A DNA stretch of 45,869 bases from a virus. The notes beneath the pieces were generated by a model. The model did no database searches, was not told the origin of the DNA, and worked only from the letters and a program-made list of their open reading frames with translations. The translations under genes were made by a program, and so were the position numbers. Positions 39,279 through 45,869 of this stretch are shown one piece after another (positions within the stretch are counted from its first letter, which is position 1; each line of letters opens with the position of its first letter). Location of the stretch: positions 103,151-149,019 of the IMG/VR virus record IMGVR_UViG_3300021426_000003. One strand, given 5' to 3'.

Positions 39279-40433
39279 ATGCCTACAAAAAACATTAAAG
39301 TTATTGTAGGTTCTTAGTCCAATTATGGTGATGAGGGCAAAGGATTAGCTACAGATTATTTTTGTAATCCTTCTGAGAAATGGCTTGGTGTATTGACAAA
39401 TGGTACATCCCAAAGAGCACATACTGTTGATACAATTGACGGTAAACATCATGTATTTTCTCATTTTAGTTCTGGGACTTTTCAAGGTGCAGATACTTAT
39501 ATTAGTATTAATTTTGCAATTAATCCTATTACTTTCGTTAATGAATATCTCACTCTACAAAATGAATTTGGTATTACACCTAAGGTATATATTCACCCAG
39601 ACTGTAAAATTATTACCCCTTTTGATATTTTAGCTAATTTGACTGAAAGAGAACAATCTGGTCTTCATAATACATGTGGCAATGGTTTTTGGAAAACTCT
39701 TGTAAGATATAAAGATGGTTATGGAATAGGTAGAATATCATTCTTTTATAAAAAGAATGAGTTTTGGATGGAATATTTAAATAATATAGAAGAGTATTAT
39801 AAAACTATATTAAAAAACATTGATTTAAATTTTAATGGCATTAAAGCACATTTTATAAATGACCTACAATTTGTATTAGACCATTCTTTCATAATTGGAG
39901 ATGAAATTCTAAAATCATATTCAAATATCATTTTTGAAAATGGACAAGGATTATTAATCGGAAGACAAAGTTCAAGAGTTGATTGGGATTTTTGTACACC
40001 ATCTAATACAGGAATGAGATATGCATATAATATAATTGAAAATAATATAATTAGTGCAGATGTAGAAGTGTGTTATGTATCAAGAACTTATTTAACGAGA
40101 CATGGTGATGGAGAACTGATTAATGAGTGTGGAGTAGAAGATATTAATAAATCAATTATTGATTATACTAATATTCCCAATGCATGTCAGGGCAGTTTAA
40201 GATTTTCTTGTTTTAATGATGAACAATTAATAAATAGATTGCATGAAGATTGGGTAAATAATATTAATCCACCTCATTATTTCTCTAATAAAAATAATTA
40301 TAAATGTTCTTTAATGTTGACTCATTGGAATGAAAAACAAATTGAATTAGAAAATATAAAAACCTGTAATTTATTTAATGGTAAAATTTATATTTCAGAT
40401 GGAAAGACAAAAGAATCGGTAAGGAGTATATAA
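39279..40433 (+). pseudogene. adenylosuccinate synthetase-like gene with in-frame TAG at codon 13
   Basis: MPTKNIKVIVGS*SNYGDEGKG...AHT...FENGQG...TPSNTG...RTYLTRHG. Confidence 0.75.
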
Positions 40434-40438
40434 TATAT

Positions 40439-40717
40439 ATGTTTGAATTGTTAAAGTTTGCGAATGAAAATAATGTTAATGTTGATATTAAGGTCATGGA
40501 TGGTTCATATAGACCTTTGGTAGGAGAAGTAATTAATATTATTACTTTTTCAAGCGTAACCAATCCTTCTAAAACTAGTCAAGTTACTGTTCTCAAAACA
40601 GATAGTGATGCTTATATTAAAAATAAAATTACATCTGCTATTAAAACGGTAGTTAGTGATGGGAAGAGCTATTCAGAAATGATGGAAGCTCGTGAAAGAT
40701 TTTTTAAGGGGATTTAA
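40439..40717 (+). CDS. hypothetical protein
   Basis: AGGAG RBS. Confidence 0.5.
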   Translation: MFELLKFANENNVNVDIKVMDGSYRPLVGEVINIITFSSVTNPSKTSQVTVLKTDSDAYIKNKITSAIKTVVSDGKSYSEMMEARERFFKGI

Positions 40718-40788
40718 AAACAATTAAAGATAATATATTGGTAAAGGCATGGGCTGAAATACCAATGCCATATGAGGGCGAGGCGTAA

Positions 40789-41244
40789 ATGGATATTAAG
40801 TTCACCAATGCAGTGAAAGATGAATTTGCTAAAAGAGAGAATAAAAAGATGACACTTGAGACAGTTACACTTGATGAATTCCTAAATGAACGTGGCGATT
40901 TTGTTAAACAGGTTGTTTATAAAATTGATGGTGATTATATTGGCGATATTAAAGGTGAAAATATAACTGTAATTTTAATGGGCAACGGTGACTTTAAAGG
41001 GGATATTAACTCAAAAAGCGGCACAGTATTTCTTAACAAAGGCAATGTTATCGGAGATATAAAAGCAGATAAGGTGCTATGCCCGACTAATAAATCTTCA
41101 GATAAATCCTCAGATGTTACGATAACTTGCCACTCATGTAAATATTATTCATCTTATGGTGACCACGATTATTATTGTAAAGAGCTTAAAGAAAACTTTA
41201 GTAATCCATATAATACATGTAGCGGATATGTGGAGAGAATATGA
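40789..41244 (+). CDS. hypothetical protein with bactofilin-like beta repeats and Cys tail
   Basis: IDGDYIGDI / GDFKGDI / GNVIGDI repeats. Confidence 0.5.
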   Translation: MDIKFTNAVKDEFAKRENKKMTLETVTLDEFLNERGDFVKQVVYKIDGDYIGDIKGENITVILMGNGDFKGDINSKSGTVFLNKGNVIGDIKADKVLCPTNKSSDKSSDVTITCHSCKYYSSYGDHDYYCKELKENFSNPYNTCSGYVERI

Positions 41245-41699
41245 AAATTACAGAAATAAAACAAGATTTATTTACAATGCCTAGCGATTACGCTTTAGCT
41301 CATTGTATTAGTGCTGATTTTAAATTGGGTGCTGGTATTGCTAAAAAATTCGATGAATTATTTGACGTACGTCAAAGACTATTTTATTTATGCGATGGAG
41401 ATTATATTAAAGATTGGGATGATGATGTAAAAGGTGACTGTCTTGTTATTAGGGTAATAGAAGACCCCACAATTTTCAACTTAATAACAAAAAGGAGTTA
41501 TTGGGACAAGCCAACATTACAAACAATAGAGAATGCATTGAAAAAAATGAAGATTATATGCGATGTTATTGGCATTGAAAAGGTTGCAATGCCTCGCATA
41601 GGATGTGGACTAGACAGACAAAACTGGTTTGATGTTAAGCCATTAATAGAAAAAGTTTTCGCAGATACTGATATAGAAATTGTGGTGTGTAGCTTATAG
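41241..41699 (+). CDS. macrodomain ADP-ribosylhydrolase (TARG1/DarG-like)
   Basis: DLF; HCISAD..LGAGIA; NLITK; MPRIGCGLD...W. Confidence 0.85.
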   Translation: MKITEIKQDLFTMPSDYALAHCISADFKLGAGIAKKFDELFDVRQRLFYLCDGDYIKDWDDDVKGDCLVIRVIEDPTIFNLITKRSYWDKPTLQTIENALKKMKIICDVIGIEKVAMPRIGCGLDRQNWFDVKPLIEKVFADTDIEIVVCSL

Positions 41700-41708
41700 G
41701 AGAATATT

Positions 41709-42230
41709 ATGAAACAAATCATCATAGTCCGTAAAGATTTAAATATGTCTAAGGGCAAGATGGCAGCTCAAGTTGCCCATGCAAGTATGGCATTTCTGAC
41801 TAATGTAATGAAAAAAAATTCTAAGATAAGTATATATAATTCGTCATATTATAGTTGTAGATTTCTTGTTCATAAAAAATTATATGAAGACTGGATTTGT
41901 GGCTCGTTTACTAAAATTATCCTTGAAGCCAAGAACAAACATCAGCTAGAGAAGGTGTATAAAATCGCTGAAGAGCTAGGACTTGAAGAAAATATTCATT
42001 ATTTCCCTATAAAAGATAATTGTTATACAGAACTTGAGCCTGAAGAAGTTGATGAAAATGGTGTTGGCAGAACGCTTACTTGTGTAGGTTTTATTCCTCT
42101 TAGTGATGAAACAGCCAATAAGATTAGTAAAAAGTATCAATTATATCATGATAATAAAAGTGATATTGACCCTTGGGATGGTGAAAAACCTCATGCTAAG
42201 AATGGGTTTGTTGAGAAGTATTGTTTATAA
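41709..42230 (+). CDS. pth2: peptidyl-tRNA hydrolase type 2
   Basis: KQIIIVRKDLNMSKGKMAAQVAHAS; KIIL; D...TE. Confidence 0.85.
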   Translation: MKQIIIVRKDLNMSKGKMAAQVAHASMAFLTNVMKKNSKISIYNSSYYSCRFLVHKKLYEDWICGSFTKIILEAKNKHQLEKVYKIAEELGLEENIHYFPIKDNCYTELEPEEVDENGVGRTLTCVGFIPLSDETANKISKKYQLYHDNKSDIDPWDGEKPHAKNGFVEKYCL

Positions 42231-42653
42231 TAGTATTATTTTTAAAGGAGAATAAATATGCAACAGTTAATTGATATTGTACTTTCGGTTTTGCTTGTAA
42301 CAATGTGTGTTTCTGGCATACTTACAATTGCAGTCTTTTGGTATCTTGTTTTATCAAGATTGTTCGATGGTATTACTGGTGTTATTCCTAATGATAAACA
42401 AGTAGAGGAGATGACTAAGTGAACTGGGATGATATGACATATGAACAGAAGAAAAACTGTTACGAAAGTTGGGTACAAGAATTAAAAGATGAATATGGAG
42501 ATAATGCAACTCCAGTTCCTTTTGAAGCATTTGACCAAGAATGGTCAGGACAATTTTATGAGGTTATCTAATGGACGAAACAGAATACGCAAGAGATGAT
42601 TTTGATGAATATGATGACGATGAATATTATGATTAAAGGAGTAAATAATATAT

Positions 42654-43091
42654 ATGGATGTAAGATTTAAGAGATTAAATAATTTGGCAAAAATTCCCAC
42701 AAGAGGAAGTAAATTTTCAGCAGGATATGATTTGTATGCTGCTACTGATAAAGATATTCAGATTCCACCTCATTCTACAGTAAAGATTGGAACTGGGCTT
42801 GCTATGGATTTACCTAATGGTTATTTTGGAGCAATCGTAGCTAGAAGTGGTATTGCTACTAAAAGAGGACTTAGACCTGCAAATGCTTTAGGTGTATGCG
42901 ATTTTGATTATAAAGGAGAGTATATTGTTGCTCTTCATAATGATACAACTGAAACAAAAACAGTACAGGCTGGTGAACGTATTGCTCAGTTAATTCTTCT
43001 TCCTTATCAGGATATTAATTTTATTGAAGTAGAAGAACTTGCTAAAACTGATAGAGGTGATGGTGGATTTGGACATACAGGAGAGAAGTAA
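42654..43091 (+). CDS. dut: trimeric dUTPase
   Basis: AGYDL; RSG; GVCDFDYKGE; RIAQL; RGDGGFGHTG. Confidence 0.95.
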   Translation: MDVRFKRLNNLAKIPTRGSKFSAGYDLYAATDKDIQIPPHSTVKIGTGLAMDLPNGYFGAIVARSGIATKRGLRPANALGVCDFDYKGEYIVALHNDTTETKTVQAGERIAQLILLPYQDINFIEVEELAKTDRGDGGFGHTGEK

Positions 43092-43543
43092 TGGGAACGA
43101 GAAGTACAATTACTTTTTATGAAAAATTTAATACAGAGCTTATACCTTATGCAAACATTTATCAACAATATGATGGTTATCTTGAAGGAGTAGGTGAAGA
43201 TTTATGTAAATGGTTAAAAAATAAAATTATTGTAAATGGATTTTCGCCCAATGATAAAAGAGATATTGCTAATGGAATTGGTTGTTTAATCGCACAATAT
43301 GTTAAAGACCATAAAGATGATGTTGGTGATTTATATATATTCCCTATCGAAGATAGTTGTGAAAACTGTGACTATAATTATTCTGTAATTATTGATGAAA
43401 GTTGGACAATATCATTATATGAAACAGAAAGAAAAGCAGAAGATATTACAACTATAGAAGTTGGTAATTGGGGAAAGGAACCATTTTTCAAAGGTACTAT
43501 CCAAGAACTCCTTGATTATATTGAAAAACATAAAGAGGAATAA
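43091..43543 (+). CDS. conserved phage hypothetical protein
   Basis: MGTRS...Y.QYDGY.EG.G..L; NGIGCLIAQ. Confidence 0.7.
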   Translation: MGTRSTITFYEKFNTELIPYANIYQQYDGYLEGVGEDLCKWLKNKIIVNGFSPNDKRDIANGIGCLIAQYVKDHKDDVGDLYIFPIEDSCENCDYNYSVIIDESWTISLYETERKAEDITTIEVGNWGKEPFFKGTIQELLDYIEKHKEE

Positions 43544-43546
43544 TAA

Positions 43547-44305
43547 ATGACAGAAAAAGAAGCACAAGAAATTATGGAGAAAACCATTATTAATGGCACT
43601 CCTCATCCTAATACCCTTGAGTATATTGAAGCTTTAGAGATTTCAATTGATATACTTGGCGCTGATTATACGAGAGAACAATTAAAAAATTGGATACTCT
43701 GTGGGAAGTATCCTTTTCTTATTCCTAGATATGAATGGAATGGAGAAATTATAGAAGAATATGATTATATATCTACATATCTTGATGATATGCCAGATGG
43801 TTGGAGAAAAGCATTTGGCGAAATGATGTGTGAAGAGATTAAACAGGAACTTGTCAGGTGTAATTATCTTAATGAATATAGAATTCTTCAGATTAAAGAA
43901 AAATATGGTGAACTTCGTTGGTATGATAATGGCACTCCAATAGATTGTAAAGTTCCAGAAATCATTGATAACTATTCTATGTTATCACAAAATATTTGTA
44001 TTATCTGCGGTAAACCTGATGTGCCAATTATAAATAATGGTTGGATTTCTCCTTATTGTAAGAAATGCTATACAACTCCATCCGATTGGTATAAAAAAGA
44101 ACACCCAGATAAAATTGATGAATGGATTGAATTTCATTCTGATGATTGGGAAGGATATAATAAAGAAGAAACCAATAAAATGGTAAGTACTTACACTGTA
44201 CATACATGGTCTAAAGAAAAAGGTGATGAAGAGATTATCTATGATATCTCAGAAACTGCTAATAAAATCAGAGAAAAATGGGAAGCTGAACACGGTAAAG
44301 ATTAA
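43547..44305 (+). CDS. conserved phage hypothetical protein
   Basis: DGW; QIKEKYGELRWY; C..CG...W....C..C. Confidence 0.7.
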   Translation: MTEKEAQEIMEKTIINGTPHPNTLEYIEALEISIDILGADYTREQLKNWILCGKYPFLIPRYEWNGEIIEEYDYISTYLDDMPDGWRKAFGEMMCEEIKQELVRCNYLNEYRILQIKEKYGELRWYDNGTPIDCKVPEIIDNYSMLSQNICIICGKPDVPIINNGWISPYCKKCYTTPSDWYKKEHPDKIDEWIEFHSDDWEGYNKEETNKMVSTYTVHTWSKEKGDEEIIYDISETANKIREKWEAEHGKD

Positions 44306-44487
44306 AATGAATATATTAAATAAAATAATCTCATTATTTTTAAATAATAAAAAAGCAGTCACCAATATTGTCTGTTGTTCTGGATGTAAACATTTATTTT
44401 ACTGGAATGACGGTAGCGTTGGATGTGACATTGAAAAAGAATATATCTGTATACCAAATGGATTTATTCATAGAGAGGAGTCAAAAA

Positions 44488-44844
44488 ATGATTCACAAAA
44501 ATAGAGGTAACAGGCGCTGGGTTGATAAGCGTAAAAGAAGACACAAATATAATCTTTATCAGAGAATTTGGGGAGATGCTAAAACATTTCTTGATGGAAT
44601 CCTTGGTAAATATGATAAGGGTAAAATTCACAACCAAGAATATTATAAAAAAACCAATAATAGGACAGCATCTAAAGATCGAGTGAGTGGTGGCAAACTT
44701 GGTAATAATTATCGTCATACCGATAAAAAGAAAGTCGAGAGTTGTAATGACAGAATAAAAGATTATGAAAGCTGGTTTGATGATGATATGTATAATGCCA
44801 TGTTAGCAGACTGTGAAGACTATGATTTATACGGAGATGAATAA
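44488..44844 (+). CDS. basic hypothetical protein
   Basis: GAGGAG RBS before ATG 44488. Confidence 0.5.
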   Translation: MIHKNRGNRRWVDKRKRRHKYNLYQRIWGDAKTFLDGILGKYDKGKIHNQEYYKKTNNRTASKDRVSGGKLGNNYRHTDKKKVESCNDRIKDYESWFDDDMYNAMLADCEDYDLYGDE

Positions 44845-45291
44845 ATGAAATATCCTAATCTTGAATTACTTGAATACATTACAGAGAATACTGCAAACGA
44901 ATTATTTAAAGACGTATTAATAATGTCCACTTATCATAAATTCAAAATGTATGTATTTCCTCAAACTTGGAGTTCAACTGCACTTGGATTTGATGGGTGT
45001 GGTGGTTGCAGTGGACAGGCAATTACAGAAGCCTATACTACAGTAGTAGAAATGACATCATATAAATTCGAATCTGGTAAGGATATAAGAGGAATAGTTT
45101 ATAAAGAATTAGAAGACAAAGTTTATGCAGTTTTCTTTGATGGGTGTATTGCATATATGTGTTTAAATCCCGATTCTGAATTTTTGAAAGATTGTAACAA
45201 TATGCGTATGGAGTCACAAAAAGGAGCAAAGTATTATGTTGATGAAAGTCTTAATGATGAATATGAGTACAGTAGAGTATCCATTTTATAA
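44845..45291 (+). CDS. hypothetical protein
   Basis: FPQTWSSTALGF...GQAIT.AYT motif. Confidence 0.6.
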   Translation: MKYPNLELLEYITENTANELFKDVLIMSTYHKFKMYVFPQTWSSTALGFDGCGGCSGQAITEAYTTVVEMTSYKFESGKDIRGIVYKELEDKVYAVFFDGCIAYMCLNPDSEFLKDCNNMRMESQKGAKYYVDESLNDEYEYSRVSIL

Positions 45292-45362
45292 GTATATTTG
45301 TGGCGTTACAAGTTTAACATGTTGTGGGTGTTCTTTGTTTTGCGAACATAGGAGAGAAAAGA

Positions 45363-45713
45363 ATGAAAACGCTGACAGAACAAATAAAAAAGATTAAAAG
45401 TCAATACGATTTCCCTATATGGTTAATCAAAGAGACCCTCGAATATCACAATGGCGATGAGGCTAAAGCGTTTGAAGAATTAAGAAATATATATTCTGCT
45501 ATTGGTGACCATCCAGAAATTGTGGTTAATAGAAATATTAAAAAGTTCATGCATAAAGCGAATCATTTAAAAGCTGAACATAAACTGGACGAAATAAGAC
45601 AATATCTTGATAATAATTTACATCCACTTGTTAGTCCAGATAATTGGTCGGTATACTCTGACCTAACAGATTTGGTTGATAAACTGGGTGAACTAATTAA
45701 AGAAGATGAATAG
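45363..45713 (+). CDS. hypothetical protein
   Basis: AGGAG RBS before ATG 45363. Confidence 0.55.
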   Translation: MKTLTEQIKKIKSQYDFPIWLIKETLEYHNGDEAKAFEELRNIYSAIGDHPEIVVNRNIKKFMHKANHLKAEHKLDEIRQYLDNNLHPLVSPDNWSVYSDLTDLVDKLGELIKEDE

Positions 45714-45724
45714 GAGAAAATAAA

Positions 45725-45869
45725 ATGGCTATATCATTAACAGCAGAGCAAAAGCAAGAAGTATTTGAACCAATGTTCAAGAATTTTGAGACAGAAGAAA
45801 TCTTAGAATATTTTAAAGAAATAGTAACTAAAATACCAAATGCTATTTTTTATAAACCAGCAAGTAGTT
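45725..45869 (+). CDS. 3'-truncated ORF, possibly an HD-domain protein
   Basis: MAISLT...IPNAIFYKPASS at the window edge; resembles the PASSTGKYH N-terminus of phage HD proteins. Confidence 0.4.
   Translation, partial: MAISLTAEQKQEVFEPMFKNFETEEILEYFKEIVTKIPNAIFYKPASS

Noticed and set aside
39315-39317. Genome-wide TAG recoding (genetic code 15)
   Set aside because: Long genes show no other internal TAG; TAG ends genes at 41699 and 45713 just before RBSs; no suppressor tRNA seen
39279-40433. PurZ (2-aminoadenine genome) assignment
   Set aside because: The P-loop is GDEGKG (PurA-type), not the GSTGKG of PurZ; no DatZ/MazZ recognised nearby

Overview
AT-rich fragment of a large Bacillota (Clostridia/Lachnospiraceae-type) phage genome, with essentially all genes on the + strand and an SPbeta-like layout. 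From left to right: small accessory ORFs (1-6.1 kb); a YopQ/DndB-like plus MrpR-like repressor pair; an 8.9-16.1 kb RNA island; an SPbeta-like replisome (SSB-like, Sak4-like ATPase, DnaB, primase, PD-(D/E)XK nuclease, DnaE split by a group I intron with an HNH homing endonuclease, RecD2); and nucleotide metabolism/accessory genes (ThyX, Gmk, NrdD/G, vWA, a PurA-like gene with an in-frame amber, macrodomain, Pth2, dUTPase). The RNA island holds two notable systems. (1) A CRISPR-associated IscB: four 36-nt repeats, an inverted anti-repeat, an omegaRNA scaffold and a 516-aa IscB with all catalytic motifs visible. Its scaffold-proximal spacer translates to LTGFDSKPL, resembling the type I restriction HsdR helicase motif. 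(2) A DUF2828 (Ro60/TROVE-like + vWA) protein flanked by 8 copies of a small RNA motif (short stem + ACAGCAA). Most copies display a tRNA anticodon stem-loop, one encloses a whole tRNA-like body, and two are grafted in permuted form into tRNAs. All calls come from reading the sequence by eye; no database searches were run.
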